A DNA stretch of 39,508 bases from a virus (IMGVR_UViG_3300012682_000009:1-39508); one strand, 5' to 3'; positions 7,399 through 17,555 are shown, numbered from the stretch's first letter. The notes: generated by a model from the letters alone, not told the origin. Made by a program: numbers and translations.

Positions 7399-9141
7399 TT
7401 AGCTCACCGTCCCTGTCGGTCCTGGGCTGACCGTGACCAGCACGTCAGCGGGAGTGGCACGGGACGAGACAGCGACGTCGAGGCGTGCCAGGGCGTCGAG
7501 CAGAGCCGCCCTCGCGGGCGTGTAAGCGTTGGCCTGGGCCGGGGAGCCGAGTGCGTTCACAGCGGACTGGACGGCCGCCAGAGCCGCCACCTGAGCGGGT
7601 GAACCGACGGCAGCAGTGACCACATCGCGGGCCGCTGTCACATCAGCCGGGGTCGACCTCGAGGACACAGCCGCGTCGAGCCGGGCAGCGACCGTCGCAC
7701 CATACGAACCGGCGGCCCGGGCCTCCGCTGTAAGTTCGTTCCAGACGGCATCAGCGATAGCGGCGATGTCAGCAGGTGTCACCGGAGCCTCACCCCCGCC
7801 CCCCGTCCCAGACGGGCCGATGTTGTCAGAGGTGGCGCGGACCTGGATCAGGATGCGGGTCAGGCTGTCAATGGCCGGGGCTGAGTCGGCGAGCGACCGG
7901 AAGCGGAACGCAGTCCGGGCCAGGGCATCGGTGGCCGGCGCGGTGTCGGCGGTCGAGCGCAGGAATGTGACGAGGCGGGACAGAGTGTCGGACGCAGGTG
8001 CGCTGTCGGCGAGCGCCCGGACCTGCGTCAGGATGCGGGTCAAGGCGTCCACGGCGGGTGCCGTGTCGGATGTCGACCGGGCCTGCACTGTCTGCCGGGC
8101 CACCGTGTCAGCCGCCGGGGCGTTGTCGGCGGTGGCGCGGGGGCGGAACGTCGTTCGGGTCAGCGCGTCAGCGGCCGGCGCGGTGTCAGCCGTCGAGCGG
8201 GCCTGCGTCGTCCTACGGGTCAGCGCGTCAGCAGCGGGAGCCGTGTCAGCTAGGGATCTGGCCTGCGTCGTACGACGGATGATCGCATCGGTGGCGGGAG
8301 CCGCGTCCGGGACACTTCGGGCCTGCGTCGTACGGCGAGACAGCGCATCCGCGGCAGGTGCAGTGTCAGCGGTCGCACGCGGGTACGTCGCCCGCTCTAC
8401 CAGGCTGTCAGCAGCCGGCGCCGTGTCAGCAGTCGACCGGGTGCCCGTGAACTTCCGCACCAGCCCGTCCGCCGCGGGTGCCGTGTCCGGGGTCGACCGG
8501 GCGTACTGGATCGTGAACTGAGGGACGGCCGTGAACCTCGTCGGTGTCTGCGCCGCCGTGCCATCAAGGTTGAGAATGATATTCACGGCAGTAGCCGGAG
8601 CAGCGGGCAGGCCAGCGACGAGCGGCTGCACCACAATCTCGGTCTGAATCTTGCTGCCCGCCAGGATCGTCGTCGGCGAAGCCGTCGTGAACGACGCCGC
8701 CACATCAACCGCAGCCCCAGCGATAACCGTGTCAGCCGTCACCATCCGGCCGATCTCCTTCACGAATGCGCCCGAGGTCGTGACCTCGTACACAATCGCG
8801 GTGATACGGACAGTCACGTCCGTAGGCAACGCGCCCTGACCGTCCTTGTTCACATCGAACGTCAACGTCCACGTACCGGCCGCATAGGTGATCGGCTCGA
8901 CAGACTCAGCTGTCACATCCCGCCATCCGACCCCCGCAACCGCGGTCGACGGCGCCGCCGGGATCGTCGCCGCCGCCGACACAGACACCGCACCCGACCA
9001 GCGGATCGTCGTGATGACCCCAGCTGCGGCGAACGCAGCCTTCGTCGTGACCGTCGTCCCCGCGCCAGCAGTCGGCGAGATGTTACGGACAGCGCCCGCA
9101 CCCGCAGTCAGCAGGAAACGGACCTGCGGGGCGCGGGCCAC
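7399..9141 (-). CDS. Putative head/neck fibre protein with 20-aa tandem repeats (580 aa)
   Basis: Beta-rich N-domain, 11 repeats xRSxADTAPAxDxLxRxxxx, then ADAVWNE...GSYG and RLDAAVSSR motifs; between capsid and adaptor genes. Confidence 0.65.
   Translation of the reverse strand: MARAPQVRFLLTAGAGAVRNISPTAGAGTTVTTKAAFAAAGVITTIRWSGAVSVSAAATIPAAPSTAVAGVGWRDVTAESVEPITYAAGTWTLTFDVNKDGQGALPTDVTVRITAIVYEVTTSGAFVKEIGRMVTADTVIAGAAVDVAASFTTASPTTILAGSKIQTEIVVQPLVAGLPAAPATAVNIILNLDGTAAQTPTRFTAVPQFTIQYARSTPDTAPAADGLVRKFTGTRSTADTAPAADSLVERATYPRATADTAPAADALSRRTTQARSVPDAAPATDAIIRRTTQARSLADTAPAADALTRRTTQARSTADTAPAADALTRTTFRPRATADNAPAADTVARQTVQARSTSDTAPAVDALTRILTQVRALADSAPASDTLSRLVTFLRSTADTAPATDALARTAFRFRSLADSAPAIDSLTRILIQVRATSDNIGPSGTGGGGEAPVTPADIAAIADAVWNELTAEARAAGSYGATVAARLDAAVSSRSTPADVTAARDVVTAAVGSPAQVAALAAVQSAVNALGSPAQANAYTPARAALLDALARLDVAVSSRATPADVLVTVSPGPTGTVS
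7843..8502 (-). repeat. 11 x 60-bp degenerate coding tandem repeat
   Basis: Exact 20-codon periodicity, e.g. ARSTADTAPAADALTRTTFR. Confidence 0.9.
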
Positions 9142-9142
9142 A

Positions 9143-9328
9143 TCAGCCCCCTGAGATCGTCAACACCCAAGGGCCAGAACCGACATCGGCAACACCGACA
9201 CGGGCCTCATCGGCCGCGACATCGCAATCCTCCGACGCAGAGCACTCGATCGCACAGCACATGATCCCCGCCGCGAACGCAGACTGCGCCGCGTCGTACT
9301 TCGCGGCACGGGCAGGAGAGACAGCCAC
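9143..9328 (-). CDS. Hypothetical protein (61 aa)
   Basis: Tightly packed between neighbours in the late operon. Confidence 0.6.
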   Translation of the reverse strand: MAVSPARAAKYDAAQSAFAAGIMCCAIECSASEDCDVAADEARVGVADVGSGPWVLTISGG

Positions 9329-9331
9329 GGG

Positions 9332-9718
9332 CTATATCGACGTGGTCGAAGTCAGAGCTACCTGATCGCCCGATACGAGCGCGGGCGGGGACGGGATCGC
9401 CGTCTCAAACATCAACGTCCCAGCCGTCCCAGCGTTGAAGATACCGATCTTCTGCAGGGTGCGGGTCGTCGCATCCGCCGACGTGAACGTCTTCGTCAGC
9501 GTGTACGTGCTCGTCCCGTTCGTGTGCGCGTACACAGCTTGTGCGCGGGCGAAACCACCAGCCGTCAACTCACCCAGCAGGGCGGTGTCCGCATCCGCCG
9601 GGGCCGTCGCGTTCTCCGTCAAAGCGATGAAGTTCGCCGCCGCGTACAGACCGGTACCGGTCGACGCGGTGTCGGCAAGGACACGCGACTGAAGGTCTCT
9701 ACCCGAGGCAACACGCAC
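9332..9718 (-). CDS. Virion structural protein (decoration/fibre-base type, 128 aa)
   Basis: GTG 9718 after AAGGAAGG; FIALTEN...DTALLGEL...GIFNAGTAGTLMF...GDQV pattern. Confidence 0.7.
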   Translation of the reverse strand: MRVASGRDLQSRVLADTASTGTGLYAAANFIALTENATAPADADTALLGELTAGGFARAQAVYAHTNGTSTYTLTKTFTSADATTRTLQKIGIFNAGTAGTLMFETAIPSPPALVSGDQVALTSTTSI

Positions 9719-9720
9719 GG

Positions 9721-10125
9721 CTAGCCTTCCTTCTTGGTAGGCGCCCCAGCAGGGCAGTCGAAGTGCGCGGCGAGAAGCTGCTCCAACGCAGGCGAGTCCG
9801 ACTTCACCCACGACGGCTTACCGGACTCGGCGAACCCGCCGGGGCTGTGCGAATCCCAGACACCCTGCGGCAGGGTCACCGTGTTCGCGCACTCCATCAA
9901 CGGCATCCCGTCAGGGAAGTTGACCGTCACCGTGCTCGACCCCGGCAGATCCCGCTTACGGGTCACCGACTCGAGCCGCGCCCGGAGCAGATCGGCGTCC
10001 GGATCGTCACCGACCTCCACGCCATCCTCAACGGCCAGGGCCTTCAACTGCTTCGCCGACAGGCCCGGGTCGAGATCAGTCCGGTAGGACTCCACCGGAC
10101 GGTCCGTGCCCAGAAGGACATACAT
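9721..10125 (-). CDS. Hypothetical head-module protein
   Basis: AAGGAG RBS before ATG 10125; LSAKQLKALAVEDGVEV resembles a HeH/LEM-like helix pair. Confidence 0.65.
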   Translation of the reverse strand: MYVLLGTDRPVESYRTDLDPGLSAKQLKALAVEDGVEVGDDPDADLLRARLESVTRKRDLPGSSTVTVNFPDGMPLMECANTVTLPQGVWDSHSPGGFAESGKPSWVKSDSPALEQLLAAHFDCPAGAPTKKEG

Positions 10126-10197
10126 GCGTGGCTCCTTGCCAGTCGAACGGGTGGTCATGCGCGCCCGGGGCCCGGGATGCCGTCCCGGGCGGACGGG

Positions 10198-10368
10198 CTA
10201 CTTGGCTTCGTTCTCCGGCGTCGGCTTCCCGGCGGCCTGACCGGACAGCGTGTAGTTCTCGCGCGGCGTCTCATCCACCGCAGTCCCGCGGTAGCCGACC
10301 TCGTTCTCAGCGTCGACCTTCGCCTGAACCTCAGCCTCGCCGCTGTCGTCCTTCTTCTTCTCAGCCAT
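10198..10368 (-). CDS. Small acidic hypothetical protein (56 aa)
   Basis: MAEKKKDDSGEAEVQAKVDAENEVGYRG...PRENYTL; GGAG RBS. Confidence 0.7.
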   Translation of the reverse strand: MAEKKKDDSGEAEVQAKVDAENEVGYRGTAVDETPRENYTLSGQAAGKPTPENEAK

Positions 10369-10549
10369 GACCACTCCACAGGGTTTCGTCGTCAGGGTCG
10401 AACGCCCCGACATCCTCGAAAGGCGGGAGCAGAGGTGCCCACGCCGCATGCACAAGAGCCGCAGCGACCGGATCGCCCGGCCCCGCGTTGTCGAGCAGCC
10501 GACCGTTAGCGACCTGCTGCTCACGAGGCCAGTGCTTACCCGTCGCCAC
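10361..10549 (-). CDS. Hypothetical protein (62 aa)
   Basis: Fills the gap between neighbours in the late operon. Confidence 0.5.
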   Translation of the reverse strand: MATGKHWPREQQVANGRLLDNAGPGDPVAAALVHAAWAPLLPPFEDVGAFDPDDETLWSGHG

Positions 10550-10551
10550 GA

Positions 10552-10935
10552 TCAGTCTCGTGACCGCTGAGCCACGGCGGTCGTCGCGTTGGTGATCCGG
10601 TCAGGTGTCACCACACCCGCGTTCACCGATGCCAACGTGTACGACTCAGACTCCACATCAGTCAGAGGCGACCAGCCGGAGAAGCCGTACACCTGGGCGG
10701 CGTCGCCACCGAGCGCAGCCGATACAGTCCCCGCCGCCGTCGCAGCAGCCGAAAGGGTGCCGGCCGTATCCGACGAGGTAGTCACGAGCGTCACGCCAGC
10801 AGGAATACCAGCCCCGGTGATCGTCCGGCCAGTGTCTTCCTCGCGGAACGTCCCCGCCGCAGCCGTAACCGCCGTCGATGACAAGGTCGTCGTGACCGTG
10901 ACTGACCGCGCCTCTGAGGACCTTCCCGCGACCAT
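10552..10935 (-). CDS. Putative capsid decoration protein (127 aa)
   Basis: TGATG-coupled to capsid stop; Thr/Ala-rich, ITGAGIPAGVTL...TLSAAATA. Confidence 0.6.
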   Translation of the reverse strand: MVAGRSSEARSVTVTTTLSSTAVTAAAGTFREEDTGRTITGAGIPAGVTLVTTSSDTAGTLSAAATAAGTVSAALGGDAAQVYGFSGWSPLTDVESESYTLASVNAGVVTPDRITNATTAVAQRSRD

Positions 10936-11882
10936 CAGACAGCCTGCTTGATCACGCTGAACGGGTAGCGAGAAGCCGCGACGCCGTTGTCGTAGTTGAT
11001 GGTGTTGGCCGTCTGGAACGCGCAACGGAACACGACGCGAAGCGCAACCATATCCTGTTGCGGCAAGTTGTACTGAATGACCCCAGCGCCGTCTGTGATG
11101 ACACCCTCGGTGATGAGCTTGTAGGTGATGTCCTGGCGGATACCGAGGATCGCCTGCGAGAAGTCACCGACAACAGCCTCAGCCGCGCCAGCAGCAGACG
11201 CGGGCCACAAGCCGCGCATCGGGTAGACGACCGGGACACCGAAGATGCCGGTCGGACTGACCTCGGCGAGCAGGTTGCCGTTAGCGTCACGCGTGTTGCG
11301 GAGCTGGCCCTTGTAGATCGTGTTAGCAACGATCCCCGTGGCGTCGAAACCGTCCGCTTCGACCTGAGCGAGCGCGTCGGAGAAGTAACCAGCGAGGCCG
11401 GCCTTGTCCGTCCGCGCCGTACCCACAGAACGGTTCACGACGTTGCCCGCCGTGGTCGCGTCGGTGACGATCGCGCCGCCCCACGCGGTGGGCTTGTTCG
11501 TGCCGAAGAACACGGCGGCGTCGACCGCACGCGCGATCGCGTCGGTGAGCAGCGGCATGATCGAGCCCCACACGTCGAAGCCCGAGTCGTCCAAGACGGC
11601 CTCGCTGATCGGGACGATCGCCGCCAGCTCCTCGACGTTGAGGAACTTGTTCGCCCAGGCGGCCTCAGTGGTCTGCTTCAGACCGGTGTCACCGTTCACG
11701 AAGTAAGCGGTCGGCAGCGCCGACAGGACCGGCATGCGGGTCTGATTCGACGCCATACGGACCTGCCGGAACAGGGTCAGAGCGGCGGACTGGTTGGTCA
11801 GACCGGCGAGGATGTCGTTGCTGACAACCTCTGGGATCTGAGCCTGTGCGCTGGTGCGCGAAATGACGTTGTTGAAAGGCAC
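10935..11882 (-). CDS. Major capsid protein (HK97 fold)
   Basis: 315 aa, EELAAIVPISEAVLDD...DAAVFFG...VVGDFS...NLPQQDMVALR; AGGAGG RBS. Confidence 0.95.
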   Translation of the reverse strand: MPFNNVISRTSAQAQIPEVVSNDILAGLTNQSAALTLFRQVRMASNQTRMPVLSALPTAYFVNGDTGLKQTTEAAWANKFLNVEELAAIVPISEAVLDDSGFDVWGSIMPLLTDAIARAVDAAVFFGTNKPTAWGGAIVTDATTAGNVVNRSVGTARTDKAGLAGYFSDALAQVEADGFDATGIVANTIYKGQLRNTRDANGNLLAEVSPTGIFGVPVVYPMRGLWPASAAGAAEAVVGDFSQAILGIRQDITYKLITEGVITDGAGVIQYNLPQQDMVALRVVFRCAFQTANTINYDNGVAASRYPFSVIKQAV

Positions 11883-11944
11883 GGCGATGACCTCCTAGGT
11901 CAACTGGAAGAGCAGCAGTCCGACGCCGTGCCGGTGCTGCGGAA

Positions 11945-12475
11945 TCACGCCCGGCCGGCGGCCCGGCGCAGAGCGGTGTTCATATCCACCGCAGGGGGTG
12001 GAGTCGTGCGTGCGCCACCGTCGAACGACGGGGGACGCGGGGAGCCGGCGGACAACTCAGGGACGAGCCGCTCAACAGCCTTACCGATCGCAGCAGTGTC
12101 AGGTTCCCCGTCTTCGCCGACGAAACGGGCAAGGTTGAGGTCGTCGAGCACAGCCGCCGCGTCGAACTCGGCGTTACGCCGGGCTGCCGCGGCGACAAAA
12201 TCCGAGCGAACCAGACGCTGACCGAACTCGGTTGCGGCCGCCGAGCGACCGCGCTTCTCAGCCTCGGCGACCGCCTTCTCAGCCTCGGACAGGCTGGCCG
12301 AACGCACCTTGTCCAACTCGACCGCCGCGGCCTTCGCCTCAGTCCGGTACTTCGCGCTCTCCTTGCGAAGGTTCGCGACGTAGTCAGCGTCGAAAGTTTT
12401 CGGTTCGACCGGCTCCTGGCCCTCCTGGGGCGCGGGATCGGATGGTGCCTGCTGCTCTGCTGCCTGCTCTGACAT
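11945..12475 (-). CDS. Capsid scaffolding protein
   Basis: KTFDADYVANLRKESAKYR coiled coil, FDGGAR C-terminal motif; directly before capsid gene. Confidence 0.9.
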   Translation of the reverse strand: MSEQAAEQQAPSDPAPQEGQEPVEPKTFDADYVANLRKESAKYRTEAKAAAVELDKVRSASLSEAEKAVAEAEKRGRSAAATEFGQRLVRSDFVAAAARRNAEFDAAAVLDDLNLARFVGEDGEPDTAAIGKAVERLVPELSAGSPRPPSFDGGARTTPPPAVDMNTALRRAAGRA

Positions 12476-12527
12476 GCGCCCTCCTGGGGCCTCGGTGGTG
12501 CAACCCCGCCGCCTGGACGGGGACGTC

Positions 12528-13481
12528 TTAGGTGAGGTAGCCGAACCTCGTGAGGAGCCGGATCGCGTCAGCGCGATCCTTGGCCTCGGCGTAGATCGTC
12601 TCGGGACGCAGACGAGGGACGGTTGCCCGTCGGTATCGCTCCCCCGGTGGTCGCTGGGCGGTCGAGGCGAACTGCCGGCCGAACGAGCCGCGCACCGTTG
12701 TGCCCTCTGTCGTCAGCTTCACGGTCCGGCCTGCTACCTGAGCGGTCTGCATCCCGCGCTGCGCGTTGATGATCTGCCCAACGTCGGCGCCGTCCTCGAC
12801 GATCGCCCGCCGGTCAGCCCGGCTGAGCCCGGTCACCTGCCCTGCTTCGATCGCCTTACGCGGGTCGGTGGTGAGGGCGCCGGCCATGCTTTCCGGCGCC
12901 GGGATGTGTCGGCAGTCGCATCTCGGGTGCCGCTGAAAGCCCTTGTTCCAGCCGAACCACTTACCTGCCAGGACAGCGCACCGTGAGCATGACGGCAGGT
13001 TCAGCATCCGCACGTAGCCGCGCACCCGGGGGCGGGCGGCGATCCCAGCCCCGACGGCTCCGCGGTCAGCGTCCGCAACAGCGGTCTGCACAGCCATGTC
13101 CAGCCACGCCCGGCCGGCCAACAACGCCGCGCCCGAGCTCTGCACCCGCGCGGTCTTCGCAGATACGACCGCGCCGTACAGCAGCGAGCCGAGCGGCCTA
13201 CCGTCGCCAGCAACCCCGGCGAACGCCCGGGGATTCACTGCGGCTACCGGATCATCAACCTGACCTGTCTCGGCTAGGACCCGTGGGATGTAGTCCACGC
13301 CGTCCCGTGCCGCCCCGAGTTGCGCTGCTGCGGTCAGCAGAACTAGCCGCGGGCCGACCGTCCGCCAAGAAGCATCGAAGTCCTGCCCCATCCCACCCCA
13401 GGCTCGGCGTGTCGCAGCGATCGTGGCGACGGTGGTGCGCTGCTGCTGCCGGTAGTACTCAGCGGCAGCGTCAGGCAGCAC
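12528..13481 (-). CDS. Minor head / capsid maturation protein (MuF/VG15-like)
   Basis: GYVRMLNLPSCSRCAVLAG...FQRHPRCDCRH; between portal and scaffold. Confidence 0.8.
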   Translation of the reverse strand: MLPDAAAEYYRQQQRTTVATIAATRRAWGGMGQDFDASWRTVGPRLVLLTAAAQLGAARDGVDYIPRVLAETGQVDDPVAAVNPRAFAGVAGDGRPLGSLLYGAVVSAKTARVQSSGAALLAGRAWLDMAVQTAVADADRGAVGAGIAARPRVRGYVRMLNLPSCSRCAVLAGKWFGWNKGFQRHPRCDCRHIPAPESMAGALTTDPRKAIEAGQVTGLSRADRRAIVEDGADVGQIINAQRGMQTAQVAGRTVKLTTEGTTVRGSFGRQFASTAQRPPGERYRRATVPRLRPETIYAEAKDRADAIRLLTRFGYLT

Positions 13482-14853
13482 CCTGTCCGCCGGTCAAGTC
13501 CCGGGCGATCCGCTCAAGCGTCGGATCGGTCGCCGCATCCGCGTCGTCCTGCTCGAGTTGGCGGATCAGCGTCTCGGAGTAGCCAACGTCCACCCGCGCC
13601 TGACGGAGCGAAGCGATACCGGACTGCAACTTCTTCACCGCCGCGTCAGTGACCTCGCCCTCGGTACGGAACTCCGGGTTACGCCACACCGTCTCCATAC
13701 TCGCATCCACCGGCAACCCAGCGGCCTGACGTGCGAGGCGCACGGCGTCCTCCAGTCCCTCGCCGAAAGTACGCATCCGCTGTCGGCACTTCGACACCAG
13801 ACCCGACTCCGACGCCTTCAGCGTCTCGCCGTTGACATTGCTCATCTCACCCAGCAGGTACTGCGCCGGGGTGCGGGTGCGGGAAGCGATGTCCTTCACA
13901 TCCTCACGCTTCGCCGCGCTGTACGGGTCGAGCGGCGCGGCATCCCACTGACCGAACTTCGTCTCAGCCACAGACGTCGTGACCATCCGGTTCCGACCGA
14001 CATCAATCGGCGGGGTCGGGTTGCCCTCGTTATCCTCATCAGGCCACGCCACCGCCCACTTCTGCGGGAACGCACCGAAGTCCTGCGTGATCAGCCGATC
14101 CGCCAGTGTCTTGTTCACACGGTCCTGAACATCGACCACATCAGAAAGCTCGGAGACACCCCCGGTCAAAAGTCGAGGGTTGTTCGCCAGCTCGACGAGC
14201 GGAACCATGCCCAGCGGATTCCCGACGCCCCACTCCTCACCGTCGACCTCGCGTCGCTCCCACACCGGGACGGTCGGCATTAGTCCCGACTGCGACCGGC
14301 GTGCCTGAAACTTGAACAGACCGGCAGGCAGGTACAGCGTCGCGTGAACATGCCCGGTCCAGTCGTCATCCCACACTTTCAACCCGGCAGCGCGCTCGCG
14401 CCGACCCATGCCGGGCACGTACTCCACCACGGCCTGCGTGGGATGCTCCGCCCACATACGCGGGGTGCTCGGGTCGTCGGCGTTAGGGGCGACCAGAACA
14501 AAGGACTGGCCGCCGATAAGCGACTCAAGGATCGCCTGGTCGATGTAGGTGTCAAGGCCGTTTGCCTGCCAGATACGCCACGAGTCGACATCGGCCGACT
14601 CGCTGTCACCGACCCGGAAGCCTTCCGGCTGCAACCGCTCGGCCGTCGCGTCACACACCAAACCCATATAGTTCGCCCGGCACATCTGGAGCACCCGGCG
14701 GAACTCGTTCCTGGCCTGCGGTGCCAACCAAGGTAGCGGATGAACCCCACGGTAGTAGGCGTCGTAAAACTCGAACTCGGCGCGCTGCACCTGCAAACGC
14801 TGGTACAAGCGGGCGACCCACCAGTCCGGGGAAAGCGGCACGAAAGGGTCCAC
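13471..14853 (-). CDS. Portal protein (SPP1 gp6-like)
   Basis: 460 aa, YDAYYRG...NYMGLVCDA...IWQANGLD...GAFPQKW...GETLKASESGL. Confidence 0.93.
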   Translation of the reverse strand: MDPFVPLSPDWWVARLYQRLQVQRAEFEFYDAYYRGVHPLPWLAPQARNEFRRVLQMCRANYMGLVCDATAERLQPEGFRVGDSESADVDSWRIWQANGLDTYIDQAILESLIGGQSFVLVAPNADDPSTPRMWAEHPTQAVVEYVPGMGRRERAAGLKVWDDDWTGHVHATLYLPAGLFKFQARRSQSGLMPTVPVWERREVDGEEWGVGNPLGMVPLVELANNPRLLTGGVSELSDVVDVQDRVNKTLADRLITQDFGAFPQKWAVAWPDEDNEGNPTPPIDVGRNRMVTTSVAETKFGQWDAAPLDPYSAAKREDVKDIASRTRTPAQYLLGEMSNVNGETLKASESGLVSKCRQRMRTFGEGLEDAVRLARQAAGLPVDASMETVWRNPEFRTEGEVTDAAVKKLQSGIASLRQARVDVGYSETLIRQLEQDDADAATDPTLERIARDLTGGQGAA

Positions 14854-14866
14854 GCCGCCTCCTTCG

Positions 14867-16465
14867 CTAGTAGGCCGCAGTGCGACCAGTTACGCGCGTG
14901 AGTCCCGCCTTGCGCTGTCCCCAGCCGGCGGCGATGGCGTCGGCCCTCGCCTCGTAGGCGAGCGCATCACCTACGACCGTGTCGATCTTGCGTGGACTGC
15001 CGGGGTACTCCTTGCGTATCAACCGGTGCCCACCCTTGCGGCGCACGTAGGCGTTGCCGTAATGCTCCAGGGCGAGCCGGTCGTCGTCGTGCCAGGTGAC
15101 GCCGTTGCTCAGGTCGGCGTGCAAGCGGTCCAGCGCGGCGGCCATCTGCACATCCCGGCGCGTCTCCCACGAGATGACCCGATCACCGAAGTCCTCGGCA
15201 AGCGAGTCGATGTCCGAACGCCACTCGTGCGGGTCGAAGTACGCCCGGACCACGTCGTACCGTCCGAACGCCTCCCTGACCGTCGCCAGCACATCGACGC
15301 GAGGGACCTCCCAGCCGATCCCCGCCGCGCCGTCCGGCTTCGGCCACGCACCGATCCGGAACCGGAAGCCATCCGACATCCGGCAGCCACGCAGCACCGT
15401 CGTGTCATCGTTCAGGCTGCCATCGAAACCCAGCGTGATCGCCTCGCCGGCCGCCACCACGTCACCCGCGCGGACCTGCCGCTCCGCTACGTCCTTCGCG
15501 ATCCAAGCATCAACCGTGCTCATCGCGCGGTTCAGGAAGTAGCGGGCCGCGGTCGCCTCATCCGGGCAGGAACGTGGGTCCAGCATCTCCCGGTAGATCC
15601 GCTCAAGGTCCATCCACTCAGCCGCGTCACCGTAGACGTAGCGCAACTGCCGGAGCGTGTGATCGTGGTCGGTGATGTCCACCCGGCCCTTAGCCTCGCG
15701 GTGATCGACATGCACGCTCGGACTCAGCTCGCCCTTACGCCAGGCCGTCAACGTCTCCTCGGCGACGGATTGTTCCCCTGGCCTGTAGGCGGTCGTCGTC
15801 TGCATCAGCCACGGTTCGGCGAGCTTCCGCTTCCCCAAGTTACGGCGCACAGTCCCGTACATCGCCTTCAGCTCACGCAGCACGTACAAGTGCGACTCAT
15901 CCGCGACGACGAACGTCTCCTTGCCGCCGTCCTTCGACGCCGCACCAGCCGTACACGCCCGGATCTCCCCGCCGTGCGGGAGGTAGAGCGCCGTCGCGGA
16001 CTGGTACTGCCGGGCACCCGACACCCCGCCATACACCTCAGGATGGTGCTCCTTGCCCCAGTCACCCGCGATGAACGCGACGACGGAGAAAGCGGCGGTG
16101 GCCTGCGACTCCTCCGTCGCCAGGGCCTTGATCAGCGGCGAGACGACCGGACGCCCGACAGGCTGCCCCTCATCGTCCCAACGGTCGAAGCGCACCGGGC
16201 CGAACGCCTCAGCGCACACGATCCAGCCGGCCAGCTCAGTCTTCGCGCGGCCCTTCGGCCGGGACAGAACCGCCTCGTCGTACAGCTTCCGGCCCGACGT
16301 CGGGTCGATCCGGTACGCCGCGACGAGGAAGGCCAAGAACTCGTCATCCATCTCGATGCGCTGGCCCTGCAAGTCACCCGGGCCATAGCAGCAGTGCGCG
16401 ACTATCCAATCCGCGACCTCGTAACCGAGCGAGCAGACGTGTTCGTCGAACAGCGGGCGGAACAC
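14867..16465 (-). CDS. terL: Terminase large subunit
   Basis: Walker A-like SRPKGRAKT, Walker B VVADESH, nuclease LGFDGS...DTT, KIDTVV. Confidence 0.95.
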   Translation of the reverse strand: MFRPLFDEHVCSLGYEVADWIVAHCCYGPGDLQGQRIEMDDEFLAFLVAAYRIDPTSGRKLYDEAVLSRPKGRAKTELAGWIVCAEAFGPVRFDRWDDEGQPVGRPVVSPLIKALATEESQATAAFSVVAFIAGDWGKEHHPEVYGGVSGARQYQSATALYLPHGGEIRACTAGAASKDGGKETFVVADESHLYVLRELKAMYGTVRRNLGKRKLAEPWLMQTTTAYRPGEQSVAEETLTAWRKGELSPSVHVDHREAKGRVDITDHDHTLRQLRYVYGDAAEWMDLERIYREMLDPRSCPDEATAARYFLNRAMSTVDAWIAKDVAERQVRAGDVVAAGEAITLGFDGSLNDDTTVLRGCRMSDGFRFRIGAWPKPDGAAGIGWEVPRVDVLATVREAFGRYDVVRAYFDPHEWRSDIDSLAEDFGDRVISWETRRDVQMAAALDRLHADLSNGVTWHDDDRLALEHYGNAYVRRKGGHRLIRKEYPGSPRKIDTVVGDALAYEARADAIAAGWGQRKAGLTRVTGRTAAY

Positions 16466-16833
16466 TAGGACGACTTCGCGGCCCGAGCCCGGTCAAGAGA
16501 GGACACGGCGCTCGGCTGCTGCACCCCGCGGACCTGGCGGTGCTGCGGACGCTTCCCCGACGCCTGGTCCGGCAGGCGCAGCGCCGCGACCAGGCGTGCC
16601 AGCAATGCTGACTGCTGCCGGACCTCCGCGTGCACCGGATGGATCATCAGCCCCGACTTGCCCTCAACCACCGGGTCAGTCGTTCGGGCCAGTACCTCCA
16701 ACTGCTCCACCCGGTCAGCAGTCCGGCACGCCGAGAGAGCAACCTCACGCATCGGGTTCTTCAGGTCCTTCAGGCCCTCGTCCTGAACCAGCAGACTGGC
16801 CCAGAGACGACGGCCGCGCGGGGCGAGGTCCAC
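16465..16833 (-). CDS. terS: Terminase small subunit
   Basis: GTG 16833 after GGAG; RGRRLW...ACRTADRVEQL...HPVHAEVRQQ...LVAALRLPD; overlaps terL start. Confidence 0.85.
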   Translation of the reverse strand: MDLAPRGRRLWASLLVQDEGLKDLKNPMREVALSACRTADRVEQLEVLARTTDPVVEGKSGLMIHPVHAEVRQQSALLARLVAALRLPDQASGKRPQHRQVRGVQQPSAVSSLDRARAAKSS

Positions 16834-16849
16834 GACGAACTCCGTCCGG

Positions 16850-17555
16850 TCAGCCGATGAGTAATAGTTGCTCGCCACCGCCGCGGTTGCCCTTCGCGAC
16901 GTTGCAGCCCAAGTGCGCCAAGCGCACGTTCGTGGGGTCGTGGACTCCACCCCGACTAAGCGGGATGACGTGGTCTAGGGACGGGCTCAGCGGATGCGGC
17001 CAGACCTGCCTTCCCATCCGCTTGCCGCACATGTGGCACAGGCCCTTGTCGCGCTCCGCGATCTCCGTGAAGCGCACCGGCTCACCGGTGCTCGCGCCCT
17101 TCTTCATCGCTCGGCGCTTGTGGTAGGCGTCCCGCTTCTTGTCCGTCCAGGCCGCGTTCGACCTTGCCGACCCTCCGCACGCGCCCGCACCTTCCACAGC
17201 TTCTTGCCATGCGACTCGCAGCAGCAACGCGTCCGGTCCGCGACTGGGACGAACCTGACCTCGCAACCCGGCAAGGCGCAGACTAACTCCGCCAGCGGGA
17301 CGGGGCGGACGAAGCCTCGGTGGATGTCAGCACACCGCTTCGAGCAGAAGCGCGAGGCACGTCTCGCTGCCAGGGACGCGCCACACGTCAAGCAGAGGAT
17401 GTCCGCTCTAAGCAACTCCCGAGCCGCCCGGCCCGGGCCAACGCCACCTGGTCCTGAGCCTGCTGGTTGCACTCGCGAGAGCAGTAGATTCGCCGGCGAC
17501 CGCGGCCCGGTGGCGGCAGCACGCCCGAGCAGAGAAGGCACGTACGCTCATCCAT
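16850..17555 (-). pseudogene. Zn-finger HNH endonuclease broken by two frameshifts
   Basis: Frame 1 MDERTCLLC...YCSREC; frame 2 CLTCG...FCSKRC...CALPGC; frame 3 AERDKGLCHMCG...SLDHVIPLSRGGVHDPTNVRLAHLGCN; shifts near 17430 and 17165. Confidence 0.8.

Noticed and set aside
7843-8502. 60-bp periodicity as a CRISPR array or DGR repeat
   Set aside because: Degenerate in-frame coding repeats, no repeat-spacer structure, no cas operon or reverse transcriptase.
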